DNA from: Octopus vulgaris
Lineage: Eukaryota
Direction: 5' to 3'
DNA length: 64,000 nucleotides
Assembly (NCBI GenBank): GCA_951406725.2
Contig: OX597818.1
Coordinates: forward strand, 118,668,001 to 118,732,000
Each line of letters opens with the position of its first letter. Position 1 is the stretch's first letter. The notes below the pieces were generated by a model that worked only from the letters and a program-made list of their open reading frames with translations, had not been told where the DNA came from and did not search any database. Made by a program: the position numbers and the translations under genes. Below, one piece after another: positions 50,966-64,000 of this stretch.

Positions 50966-52834
50966 CAATTGATAAAATGTTACGAAATACACGTTATGAT
51001 TTCATTTTTTTAGGGATATTCCGTCATCACAAACAAATAGGGAAGAATAGGGAAAATGAGAAGATATATATTAAAGAAATGACGACATAGAAGAAGGGAG
51101 TAAAGGAATAAGTAGATGGAAAGAGAGAAGAAAAAAAGAAGCATAATCGTGCATAGATCTATATGAGTTAAAATCCTGATATTGTAATAATGCAGAGAAG
51201 AAAGTCGCAGATATATCAACGTTCAATAACATAATGGTTGCCGAAGTGGTAAAACGAAAGTGAAGTAAATAAATAGAAAGAGAGATAAGTAGGGTGAAAG
51301 GGGAGTTTAGGATAAATTAAGGTGTATGAGCATATAGTGACTAAGAATATTGTGTACCGGAGTAGCTGAGAAGATAAGAGAGCGGATGAGGAGGTAGAGG
51401 AAGATAGCGTAAAAAATAAACAAAATAGAGCAAATTGAAGGAATTTAAAAATCGTAATAGGTGTCGGTGTTAGTTTCTAGTCTATAGGTGCTGGGAAGGA
51501 AATCTAGTAGTAAATACTTATGTTCGTTTTGGCTAAGATCAATGGCTGCAATGTTATTTTTACCCATGAGGTTTTGGGTGTGTAGGTAGCCGAGAATGGA
51601 GGAGCTAGCTGAATGTTAAATTATTTATGAGTGCGAGTTAGAATTAGTTGTTAGCCGATTTATTGGGTTAAGGTTTAAAAACTAAATAAAAGATAAATTA
51701 AAGAATTAATATTTATCGCATAATAACCATATAGAAGAGTCTCCCTTGTATCCATATTTTTGAGCTTACAAATTACCAATGCAACAACGCTTTATTTGAA
51801 TGGAGGTTGGTGGTTTTCTTGAGGTCTATTACAGCAAGGTAAGTGTTACTTTTGCCCACCTATTGTTGAAAGTGTTTGACCAGTAACAATGCCAACCAAA
51901 CTTATGATGGTATAACTGAACTGAATGACAACCTCAGCATTATACTTCTTCTGAGTTTCATGCTGGTAAACACTGATCTCTTCTAAAAATTTGTCACGCA
52001 TCACTTATATTAGACAGTACACATGCAGCTCAGTATAGCTATAAAGAGATTTCGCTGATTTTAATGTACTGAGAGACATCCGCATTCATTGTTACCACCT
52101 CCAGCATCATCATTCTGTAGCAAGCCTCACCTTAAACATCTGCAACAGTATATAGCAGAAACGCAACCTCGCAGTTTTCAGAACTAGTAAATTGATCTCG
52201 ATCCTTTAGTGAAAATATACTTTCCTACTGAGATGAAAATAAAAGCCACTTCCTAAAGTGTACTCATATGTAATATGTATGCAGCATGCAATGAGAACAA
52301 TTTTTTTCATGGACATATTTTTTTCTTCAATGCATAAATATGAACGGAAGACTTAAAAACAGTGTTTTAGCAAATGTAAGTTTTGCCAAAGTAAAAGAGT
52401 GCCCTAAGTGCCGTGCCGTTTGAAACTTTTTCTTTTTTTTTTTTACATTGAATTCCTTATACGACATTCACGTTCATACACGAGCAGAAGGTAAAACATA
52501 CATGTCATACACAAATGGCGTGTGAGATTCTCAAAAAATAAAATAAAGTGTATTAAAATTCTTTTGTGCTGTGCGCCACCATACGATATTAAATGCACAG
52601 GCGCCTCTCCCCATCTCCACACACAATCATATGCGCGATAGTAAAAAAAAATTACAGTACACACGCATATATTGTACATGCATAAATAGATATAGACATA
52701 CAAATATTCAAACAAGAATGGAAAAATTCTATTGATCTGTCGCCATTCTTTGACTTTATCAACTGCTATTATCCATGCCTTACTCTTCCTTTCACTCACA
52801 ACTGTGCTTCCTCTGACTCTCTCACTTTCTCACC

Positions 52835-52836
<2 letters not shown>

Positions 52837-52878
<42 letters not shown>

Positions 52879-52998
52879 TACACACACACACACTCTCTCT
52901 CTCTCTGTCTATCTCTATCTCTATCTATCTATCTGTCTTTCTAGCATTCTAAATATATATCTATCTCTGTGAGAACATGAATCGGTTAGCGTGCCCTC

Positions 52999-53045
<47 letters not shown>
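52837..53045. repeat. (CT)n/(CA)n/(CTAT)n microsatellite cluster
   Basis: Direct reading. Confidence 0.95.
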
Positions 53046-53051
<6 letters not shown>

Positions 53052-53389
53052 GCACACGCACACATACACACACATGCACTCTCTCTGACGTCAGCAAAAA
53101 TTCAATTTATGCTGAGTAGTCCATTCAATCACATACAATCACAAAAATATGCTAGATTTTTTTTATGCATCTTTCTTGAAGTAAAAGTCTATAGAATTGC
53201 ATTTCTTGCTATTTAGATCCAATTTTAAAATTTCATTTTAAATATATTCTCTGAAACATAGAATAAACTGAACATATAATATAGATAAAATCGCACCCGT
53301 GGTTATCTATCTCTATTAGTGCACACTTGTTTATACACCCATAGACATACATGCACACAGTTATTCATTGTGCATGATGTACCGAATCA

Positions 53390-53635
53390 TACTCTTTTAC
53401 TTGTTTCACTCATTTGACTGTGGTCATGCTGGAGCACCGCATTTAGTCGAGCAAATCGACCCCAGGAATTATTCTTTGTAAGCCTAGTACTTATTTCATC
53501 GGTCTCTTTTTGCTGAACCGCTAAGTAATGGAGACGTAAACACACCAGCATCGCTTGTCAAGCGATGTTGGAGGGACAAACACAAACACACACACATACA
53601 CGCACACGTATATATACACTGAGCGTATATATATA
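53390..53635 (-). mobile_element. SINE family A, 3' half only
   Basis: Tail and body up to the internal microsatellite. Confidence 0.88.
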
Positions 53636-53874
53636 TACTTTTATCTGTCTGATTTGAGAACACTTTTGCTGTGTGTGCATTCAATTCAATAGTATTAATA
53701 TTTCTCTCTCATTCTTTCATGTTCGGTATATTTGCAATATGGAAAGCTATTTTTATGTTTTCTATTTTATAGAATAATAGAAAAAATATGCTTTTGACTC
53801 ATCTAATTTCCATGAATAATAATCATCAACCGAATATCATATTGAAGCGATTAATTTAATGCGGGAAGGTATGT

Positions 53875-53908
<34 letters not shown>

Positions 53909-53915
53909 TATTACA

Positions 53916-53962
<47 letters not shown>

Positions 53963-53990
53963 CATTACTCCCGCCTTATATATATATATG

Positions 53991-54036
<46 letters not shown>

Positions 54037-54614
54037 CATATATGTGTGTGTATAGGAAATTGGAAAGCCCTGTCCAGTCTCCCCAATTCAGTCCAGTCCA
54101 GTATAGTTCTGACCAGTTCAGAAATGTACTGGACTCGAAAGCACACGGCTTCAGTGACCACTGTATGGCCAGATTGAAAAATGCCTTAATATAACATGAT
54201 GTACAAAACTTATGTCACATGGTGGGGAAGAGGTTTTCGCCCTTTTTAAAGACTGTATATATCTGTCTGACTAACCATAACTGTAACGAGATCCAGTTTT
54301 CAGTAGCTCCTCTGACGTTCTTTGTCCATTTTCCCGCGATCCAATATGAGTGAATGTTTGTAACGCCAAGAATCTATGTCAGATAATCGAGCGCTCAATT
54401 CTTACAGAACCGGAAGCTCAAACCCGTGTCCTGCAAATGAAATCTTATATTTGACATCTGTTCACAGCGCCGCCCCACGTATAGTTTCTTTCTATTTCAA
54501 TAGTAGGCTCAACGAGATAAGATAGTTTTGTGGATACGTTGTGGTATATAGAGATATATGCTAACTGAATACTTTTAGAGAACTACAACAGTGTTCATTA
54601 TATCATCAATATTG

Positions 54615-54985
54615 TGGTTTTCGTTCGTCTGTCTTTACGTTCTGAGTTCAAATTCCGTCGAAGTCGACTTTGCTTTTCATCCTTTCGGGGTCGATAAGTT
54701 CAATTCAATACCTCTTGCGTACTGGGATCGATCTAATCGACTGGCTTCCTCCTCAAAAATTCCGGGCCTTGTGCCTAGAGTAGAAAACAATATATTTTAA
54801 GGCGTCGAGCAGGCAGAAATGTTAGCACGCCAGGCGAAATGCGTAGCAGTATATCGTCTGTACATTCTTAGTTCAAATTCCGCCGAAGTCGACTACGCCT
54901 TTCATCCTTTCGGGGTCGATAAATTAAGTACCAGTTGCGTAATGGAGTCGATCTAATCGACTGGGACGTCCTCAATAATTTCGGT
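54615..54985 (+). mobile_element. two tandem SINE family B copies (54615-54790 headless; 54799-54985)
   Basis: GTCGACT..TTTCATCCTTTCGGGGTCGATAA occurs twice. Confidence 0.87.
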
Positions 54986-55269
54986 CGTCGTCGATGATGA
55001 CGCCTCGTCATCTTCATCATCTCAATCATTGGCGTCATTAAAACTAACAATCAATGTATCAGTTTTGCTGCTAGTATCACTGCTGCGTTTTTTAAAGCAA
55101 AACATTTTGTTTCCATAAATATTAATAACGCAAAATCTGTAAGGTTACTTCAGATGTAAGTCACCTAAGACACATGATAATACTGGCATCCGTAAAATAC
55201 AAATTTTTACATCATTTATTACTCTTATATTGCGAAATATGCTTACTCACACGCATGCATACAGGCAAA

Positions 55270-55676
<407 letters not shown>

Positions 55677-58037
55677 GGAGACAGATAGAGGGTGTGTATG
55701 ATAAATGGATAGATAATTAAAAAGATACACCTCCTTTGTTGAGTTAAAAGCCTTTCATTCTCTCCTTACCCTTTTTGAGATTTCAGCATACGTGTCTTAG
55801 CGTACATTAATTGCATGCCTGATTAGAGGTACTCCTTCATCTCCACGATTTCATTCGCTAAGCGCCCCTATCCGGCCACAAATATGTTGTTTTCATACTA
55901 GTGAATGCGATCTGAAAAGCCACTTGCAAGGGGCCTCCTTGATGATGGGAAGATGAGTTACTGTAGGAATTTGGATTAAGATGGGACAGAAAGGCACAAT
56001 GAAGACAGATCTGGATGCGCATCATGGCAAGTGGTGTATAACATGCTCAGATAATCTCTTTGATGTGTGTCTGTATGTGTGTGTGTGTGTGTGTGTGTAC
56101 AACTGTGGTGTGCCTCTGTATATGTATGTAACTCAAATGCTTTATGGCTTCGTACAATAGAGACTGCAGGAAGGAGAATAGATGTGCTTTCAAACATAGC
56201 TCCATAGATCGTAAAACGAATGTTCTTTACTATTTTTGTCAAACATCATCAACTGGCGATATATACTTCTCTCAATTTCCTTTAATCTTCTATTGTTGCG
56301 CATGAAATTACATCATTAGTTTACTTGGGAAAAGATATTCAAGTGGTACTCGTCTCAGGCCTTTTTATGATGTTAAATATATCTCAATTTGTGTGAAAAT
56401 ATGTTCTTAAAAACTAGCTCTTCTATATTGGATTCAGAGCTCTGCCGCGGTATTGTACACATCAATGATTTCATCAAAGAATCGTAAATGATGCCTAGAT
56501 ATCCTACACAACAATGATTGTATCAAGTGAAGATCTGAACTTTCATTTCTACTTTAAAACTCCAGGAAGTGTGTGGATGACGCAAAATACCTTGAAATTC
56601 AGGAGTGGATGACTTTTGTATTTGCATTCGTAATTAATTGCGCAGATATTTTCGGTTGGGTTGTTTTCAAAAAGTTTACAAATACTATTTTTGTATGAAA
56701 AACCAAATGCAAAGTATGAAATGAAATACTATTTTGATAGCTGTCACGACAGGGAACTAATCCTTCACCAGGCTTCTTTCCAATAATTAAATCATATGAT
56801 CCTGAAAACATAAAACTAGATACTGTCTAGTTAGTACTTAGATTTAAGTATCTGGGGTATTGAAAACCATCCAACAAACTGCAACAGAAAAATTAGCTTC
56901 CGTTGCCAAAGGCAACTGCAATGCATTTGATAAATTTATGAGCTAGCTTAATATGTGTAAATATTTATTTATCTCCCATAGAGCGCAATTACTGCACAAT
57001 TAATAAAATGAATGGAAAGAATAGTTTAACGTTTATATGATCTGCTCTTGCAGATATGTTGATATAGTGTTATGGATTTATTAAACTGCAAGTGTAAGTC
57101 AGAGAGTAGTACAAATAAAAATGGCACTTCTTTCTGACTTATCCTCTTATACATAAAAACTAATGAAAGACCGTTGCGGAATAAGTGATATACTATAACC
57201 GGAAAACGAACTTCAATGTGTCGCTCAGTCCCATGTAAGCTTATCAACTATTGCTTGGCACTTTCTGTTAGAACTTTTCCTTAATTTCCATGACGCTAGA
57301 AATATTTGTTCTAAAATCTTGCGGAAACTTACAGGAATGTATTATTGGTGCAGAGCCCTAGTGCAAGCCATTTACAGACATAACGGAAGCAGCTATATTT
57401 ATTTATGTTTTGTAGCTTTATACGTGACAGCATAATTTTATGTATCTTTTCAGTATTTAAGACGGCAGTACTTACGATCAGACAAATTCGGCTGCTTTGT
57501 ACAAAACGTAGATCAACGAAATAAAGGCTCTTCCATTGTCGCAATAGACTTATAATGTTCATTATTTCTTACTACAAAAACAACTTACCGCAACACACGG
57601 GATAGAGAAGTAGAATGTGTATATTTTAAATACTGTGGCTTAAAGTGCATCAGCATAATAATAATATATGCCACTAATCTGATTTAATCTGATTTTCCTT
57701 TCAAAGTACACTTAATCTGCGACAACTTCTAAGCTCACGAAGTATTATACTTAACATATTAAAGAGACTTAGATTAAAATGCTGGTGCTTATATTATTTA
57801 TAACATATATAGAAATATGGAACTGGACTCGATTAATTATTTCCTTTCACTAAGACATCGCAAAGCTATATGTGATTATAATAAACCTAGCATTATTAGA
57901 AATAGCTGAGTGGAAATAGAGCGCCTTATAACGTAGCAAATTAATGTGGATTTCGGATATAAATATGGAAACTCGAAGAAATTGTAATCCATTGATGAGT
58001 CGAAGAAAGTAGATTTCGTAATTGTGTTTAATATATT

Positions 58038-58343
58038 GGATCTCTTCACTTTGACCGGCAGATTTTTAAAATAATTTCTTTGTAACTAAACACTTTAAAA
58101 CTTCGTATACTGGTAGAATGTGTTACATGAAACATATTCACCTCAATAGACGTCATTGATTGATTGAAATAGCCGAAATGCAAGAAATTAAACAACAAAT
58201 AGCTTACAAACTACAGAATTTTCTCAAGAAAGCCAAGAGAAAAAGATGTTTTATGTAACACATTCTACCAGTATACGAAGTTTAAAAGTGTTTAGTTACA
58301 AAGAAATTATTTTTAAAATCTGCCGGTCAAAGTGAAAAGATCC
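58038..58343. mobile_element. MITE, same GGATC..GATCC family as 45780-46390, about 95-bp near-perfect TIRs, 8-bp TSD AATATATT
   Basis: GGATCTCTTCACTTTGACCGGCAGATTTT.. and ..AAAATCTGCCGGTCAAAGTGAAAAGATCC; AATATATT at 58030-58037 and 58344-58351. Confidence 0.88.
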
Positions 58344-59866
58344 AATATATTTAATGTTATATGTTTTATATTTTGTTTTCTGACCAGAAGTTTAATTTGA
58401 TGTGCTTCAATACAACATACTATGTCAAATCCGTTCGTTGTTTAACTAGGGAAAATACAGTGAAAGGCAAAATCAAAATGTTTCTGCTGCGGAATCGAAT
58501 AACAATGGTGCATTTTTATGTCTAAAGCGTTATTTCACCATTCCTTTATTTTCTACGTATGACACTATAGTGAACAGTATCTATATGTCCAGCATTATGA
58601 AATAAATTCCTAAAAATTAAACAAAAACGTTGTCTTTAATTGTTCAAAGGATTTTACTATTATATTTTAAATAAAATAAACTAAAAATACTTGTGTTTCA
58701 AAGCTGTCGTATCATGAAACGGGGAAAAAAAAATAAAATAAATATTAAAGTATTGGCAGTGATCCGAAATTGAATGAAGAATTTCTAGATTATACAAAGA
58801 AAACTTTTCATTCATTGCTCGAACATAGTAAATAAATTAGAAAAGAGCAAAAATAAATTTCGACTTATATTCAGTATTACTGAATCTACACCAAAAATCT
58901 ATTCACGAACATGTATTTTTAACATGCATTCTAAAGGAATCCACTGCTGCATACAATATAAACTAGAATAAAATTATATAATTTTGTATTGAAGAAAGTA
59001 TCCGCTGCCTTTAGAATATTTTTATAAAGAGATTGCTTCTCTCTCTGTCAATCTATCTATTTCTCTTTCTCTCTCACTCTTTCAAGAGAGGTTTCTATAC
59101 TGCTAAAGAAGTTATGGGGGAAAGCCGCTTATTTTACTTCTTTGCATTATATTTTCTATAGCAGTTATCTATATCGAAATATGCTGTATTGAAAGGAATT
59201 GTGTTACAAATCAGCAATGGATATTCGAAAATATGCGATTCCCGAGACATGACTGCGTACAGGTAAAGCAGTGTATTAAGTTTCAGCGGAAACATATCTA
59301 CATCTATCGACAAATGAAGTCAATGAAATCAAATTTAAATATTGTAAAACGTTATCCTGCACCTGAGGAATCCATATTGAAAAAAGAAAACTTATATTTA
59401 TGTATATGAAAAGCTGAGCATTGTAGAATGTGCTTTCGTGGGCGACGCGCATTTGTGGGCAATATGGAGGACGGTGTACGCTGTGAAAGAAATATTATTC
59501 GAAGTTTTAACAATTGTCTCCATGGGATTTCATATTTAAAAGTTGTATTTTATTACTATTTCATGATGAGTAATATGTCCATGCTTTCCCGTTCATCAAT
59601 GAGTGTATCTTTATAGGTTTGGACCAAAAGATATCTTAGATTAGTCTTACTCAAACATTTCTTCTATTCTTCCAATTTTCGTCGCAAATAATATGTTACA
59701 TTTCGCTGTAATTTATATATACTCGTATATAATACCCAATATAGTTTTCATTGTTTGTCATCTGGTGCCGCCTTCACAAAATCCGGTAAGGAATTACGAG
59801 ACACATTCCAAACCTAGGCCTACAAGCATGACGTCAATACTTGTGTATGTATGTGTGTGTGAGTGT

Positions 59867-59906
<40 letters not shown>

Positions 59907-59930
59907 GCGTGCATATAAATATATGTAAAG

Positions 59931-60113
59931 TAGGCGTAGGAGTGGCTGTGTGGTAAGTAGCTTGCTACGAACCACATAGTTCCTGGTTCAGTCGTACTAC
60001 GTAGCAACTTAGGCAAGTGTCTTCCACTATAGCCTCAGGCCGACCAAAGCCTTGTGACTAGATTTGGTAGACGGAAACTGAAAGAAGCCCGTCGTATATA
60101 TATATATATATAT
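59931..60113 (+). mobile_element. SINE family A 5' half, ending at its internal (TA)n where the LINE begins
   Basis: TAGGCGTAGGAGTGGCTGTGTGGTAAGTAGCTTGC..GAAGCCCGTCGTATATA. Confidence 0.9.
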
Positions 60114-60117
60114 AATT

Positions 60118-60318
60118 TTATTAACTTTTTAGGCTGACATCTTAGTTACGATTGTTTGTTTATTAATTTTTTAGGCTGACATCTTAGCTACGCTTGTTTG
60201 TTTATTAATTTTTTAGGCTGACATCTTAGTTACGATTGTTTGTTTATTAATTTTTTAAGCTAACATCTCAGTTACGATTGTTTGTTTATTAAGTTTTTAA
60301 GCTTACATCTCAGTTACA
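60118..60318 (+). repeat. about 41-bp tandem repeat, about 5 units, at the LINE 5' end
   Basis: TTATTAATTTTTTAGGCTGACATCTTAGTTACGATTGTTTGT repeated. Confidence 0.93.
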
Positions 60319-60844
60319 TATCTTACTCTTTTTCTCATCTCCTTTCCTCCCATTCATATCATCCTCTTCTCTCATCTCTCTTTCCTTTCCATCTTACATC
60401 TACCTCTCCTCTCGTCACCTCACCCTCTCTCTCATATACTTCTCATCCGCCCATTCTTCTCTCCCTCTCTCTCACATCCTTCATCCTGTCTCTCCTTCAC
60501 TCTGTCTCTCTTTCTCTTGCTATCCTCTCCACATCTCTGTTTCTCTTTCTCTTCCCTCCTCTCCTTCACTCTGCCTCTCTTTCTCTTCCCCCTTCTCCTT
60601 CACTCTGTCTCTCCTTCTATTCCCTTCCTCTCCACCTCCCCTACCTTCCTCTATCCTTTTAACACACCACACCCACTTGCTTTCCTCCTATCACCCCCTC
60701 GATTTATTTCATAGCACCTCTCTCTTTCCTTCCTATCTCCCTCTCTCTTTCCCTATTTTCCCCTCTGTGTTTCTCCGTCTCTACCTCTCTCTATCCCTCA
60801 TTACCTCTCTAGCCTCTACACCCCCTCTGGAATTCAAAACGAAG

Positions 60845-61790
60845 ATGGCACCAAAGTGGGAAAAGAAAGAGTTAAATCTTCTGCTGAGAGCATGGACGAT
60901 TGCTAGTGGCGATCCGCCGAACAACATCATCACTGCCGCGCTAAAAAACAATGGTTTTCATAGAACCATTGACCAGATAGAGCAGAGGAAAAATGAGTTT
61001 ATCCGGTCTTACATGCTTATAAGACCACACATCAAAACACTGGACAACATAATTGAAAATTATTGTAGCAAAGCTGATGAGTATGAAGAGGACAAAAAAG
61101 AGAAGGAAGCCGGAAGTCTCTGTGATCGGGGGTTCCTCAGGAAAATGGATCACCTACCCCGGTGAACGACCAAGTAGTGAAGGATAGGGGAGCCAAGGGA
61201 GCAGAAACCGGAAGCTCCCCTGTACCAGTAGTCCTACGAAAAAATGAAAAATTAGAAAAAATTAGAAAAACAGAAGAAAAAAGGAAGGACCGAAAACAAA
61301 AATAAGGAGAGAAAAGGAGGAAAAGGCAAAACAACCAAAGCTGAAACCCCAACCCACCACACAAACAGCAGAGAACCCCATGGAGGATCCAATGCCACCC
61401 AGTACACTTCAGGAAAGAAGAAATCTGGAAGGCACCGAAGAACCTGTAAGTTCTGCGGAACAAATGTTGGCATGGTGAGGACAGCAAAAACTGCCGGTTC
61501 GCCCACCCTACACCCCGAAAAAAATTTAAGGGGGCTCAAAGAGAAAAACTTTACCGAGAGAACACAAGAAATCTCTCCCAGGGAAACTTTCAAAAACGAA
61601 TTGCGCTCCTCAGATGTTCTGCGCAACGCAGCAGCTGAGCAAGAGTCTTTTTTTATGCATGGCGGAAAGAATTGTCCAGCAGCTAACCAGGCTACACCAA
61701 GCACACAGAAGGAACCCTGCCCACCACTATGCAAGACCACCACAGTCAACAGACACGGGATGGCCTCCCCTAATGCCTGCAGAGCCGTCA
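60845..61790 (+). pseudogene. LINE ORF1 remnant: Myb/SANT-like (trihelix) N-terminal domain plus CCCH-type finger
   Basis: MAPKWEKKELNLLLRAW..IITAALKNNGFHRTIDQIEQRK; later TCKF/NKCWHGEDSKNCRFAHP at about 61442-61509; multiple frameshifts and stops. Confidence 0.65.
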
Positions 61791-64000
61791 CCCCAATACT
61801 TTTACTAAATATTGGGGGCCTGTTGTATCAAAATAGAAACAAAATTTCTTTCCTAAGAGATCTTACTGCATGCAATCAAGCCTAATGCATAGCACTTGTG
61901 GAAACTCACCTCAACCCTGATATAGAGGACGCAGAAGTACACATACCAAACTATGAACAGACAGAAGGGAAAGGAGCCATGGTGGAGTTGCTGTATACAT
62001 CCGAGATGGCCTCACACCACAGGTCTTGATGACATACTCAAAAACGGTATGTGACACCTTAATTGTATACATAAGACAACATAATATAGTCATATGCAAT
62101 ACATATTGCCCACCGGATGCCCCAAATCACATAGGCAAGTTTGAATATTGCCTCACAAGAATTAAAGAAATCCTCATGAATCTGGAACACCACGTGACCG
62201 TATTTCTTATGAGTGATTTCAATTTCCCCAACGTTAAATGGCCCGAAGGTCACATACTCTCAGGAATGAATCATTGCAAGCAAGTACAGGTGGAGTCCCT
62301 GCTCAACCTCACCAATGCCTTATTCATGGAGCAAGTTGTACTCAAGCCAACTAGGGCGAATAACATTCTGGATCTCTGCTTCACGAACAATATGGACATC
62401 ATTCATGATGTGAAAGTGACACCGACATCAGTTTCGGATCACAACATAATAGAGCTGTCTATGTTTGGGCCGAAAGTAACCAGAGACATACAGCCTAAAG
62501 GAAGCACCTGAAATCTCTCCAATCTGAACTTCCACAAAGCAGATAGGAAATCGATCCAAAAAGAGATCCTCAGAGAGGACTGGCCGGATTGTCTCTCCAC
62601 AGCAGACATTGACATGAAACTAGAATGTTTCATGTCTTCTGTGCAAGCCGTATGCCAGAAATATGTCCCAGAGCGCAAGGCCAAAACAAATAGGAGCAAG
62701 ATTCCAAGAGACAGGAAGATCCTCATAGGACGACGGACGAAGGTTGCAAATCGTCTCAACCAACATCCCAAAAGTAGCGAAACGTCCCGCCTAAAAACAA
62801 CACTGATGCAGATCGAAAAAATTCTGCAACAATCCTATGTGAAGGAGAAAGCAGACAAAGAAGCCTGGGTTATAAAAAAACATTAAATCAAACCCAAAGG
62901 CCTTCTTTCATTACGCGAAAGAAACAGTCTCAGTGCACTACAAGATAGGACCCCTCCTTCAAAAGGATGGCTCCCTCACAGACAGTCCAACTATGATCAG
63001 TGAGATGCTGAATGACCAGTTCAAAAGTGTCTTTACCACCCCGTTGGAACACAGACAAGTGAACGAACCAGTGGACTTCTTTGCCGCCTCACCTATAACC
63101 AGCGAGGCGGTTGCAATAGAATGTATTGACATTAGCGAAAAAGATGTCCTACTAGCCATAGATGAAGTGGACACAAACTCAGCTGCTGGTCCAGACGGGT
63201 TCCCAGCCATCCTTCTCAAAGCGTGTAAGCATGCCCTGGCAAAACCCCTCAAGTTTCTCTTCCAGAGCATTCTTGCGAATAGCAAACTGCCAAGCAAGCT
63301 GAAGGAGGGAATAATATGCCCAATACATAAAGGGAGAAGTAGAGCAGATGCCAAAAACTATAGGCCTATCTCTCTGACTTCACACATCAGCAAAGTCATG
63401 GAACGGATAGTCAGAAAGAAACTAATCGCATTCCTTGAGGAAAATAACTTGCTGAGTAATACCCAGCATTGTTTTCGACCAGGTTGGAGCTGCCTGACCC
63501 AGCTCTTACAGCATTATGACTGGGTGTTACTCAACAAATCAAATGTGGACGTAATCTACCTTGATTTTGCAAAAGTTTTTGACAAGGTGGATCATGATAT
63601 GATATGCCACAAACTACGTGACCTCGGCATAGCTGGAAAACTTGGAGTGTGGTTGCATGACTTCCTGAAAGATAGGAGTCAGGCAGTAGTGGTTAATGGA
63701 GCCACCTGTGTGAACACACAAATAGTGAGCGTTGTTCCACTGGGCACTGTCTTGGGACAACTGCTTTTTATAGTGGCCCTCTCAGATATGCCCTCAAATG
63801 CCCGGATAGTCACTCTGGCCAGCTATGCAGACGATACGAAAGTCTCGCAGAAAATACAGAACCCCAGCGATGTTGCACACCTGCAGCAGGAGTTGGACTC
63901 AATCTACAGATGGGCTGAGGATAATAATATGCAGTTTAATGCTGAAAATTTCCAGGCCCTGCGCTACCAGCATCCAAAACTGAATATTAAACTTACAGGA
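61780..64000 (+). pseudogene. LINE ORF2 (APE endonuclease + reverse transcriptase), disrupted; frame from 62879 appears open to the window end
   Basis: Stops at about 61883 and 62509; frameshifts near 61955 and at the A-run 62874-62880; RT motifs are partly degenerate (VVPLGTVLGQLLF in place of GVPQGTVLGPLLF). Confidence 0.92.

Larger units (their letters stand above)
60114..64000 (+). mobile_element. CR1-group LINE (APE + RT), near full length at the 5' end, runs off the window
   Basis: 5' tandem 41-bp units, CT-rich UTR, ORF1 remnant, then APE (ETHL, GGVAVY, DFNFP, ILDL, SDHN) and RT (NYRPISLT, YLDFAKVFDKVDH, YADD at 63824-63835). Confidence 0.93.

Noticed and set aside
54060-54170. (CCAGT)-rich stretch ending CAGTGACCACTGTA, possible DNA transposon end
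   Set aside because: No partner TIR or TSD was found.
60118-60318. CRISPR-like appearance of the 41-bp repeats
   Set aside because: The units are contiguous with no unique spacers, the context is eukaryotic and there are no cas genes.

Overview
AT-rich, repeat-dominated eukaryotic intergenic or intronic DNA. It is very probably from an octopus: I recognise the recurrent tRNA-derived SINE families and the microsatellite density from Octopus genomes, but did not run a search. No host protein-coding exon could be supported, and most of the ORF track is translated microsatellite. The window holds about 30 SINE copies of at least three families, four fragments of R4/Dong-type (restriction-like endonuclease) non-LTR retrotransposons sitting in microsatellites, two RTE 3' fragments, a CR1-group 3' fragment, and a large degenerate CR1-group LINE (60114 to the window end) whose ORF1 has a Myb/SANT-like domain and a CCCH finger. 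It also holds an internally deleted mariner, two GG..CC MITEs with 8-bp TSDs (one carrying telomeric repeats), a non-autonomous Helitron, several fold-back palindromes in (TA)n tracts, and degenerate hammerhead-like motifs. The most notable item is a complete 2.25-kb retro-insertion (27766-30010) that splits a SINE with an 11-bp TSD. It encodes only an L1/Tx1-type ORF1 protein (RRM-like region, CCHC knuckle, unknown C-terminal domain) and has no reverse transcriptase, so it looks like a 'half-L1' (HAL1-like) element. Boundaries of degenerate repeats are approximate (plus or minus 10-30 bp).
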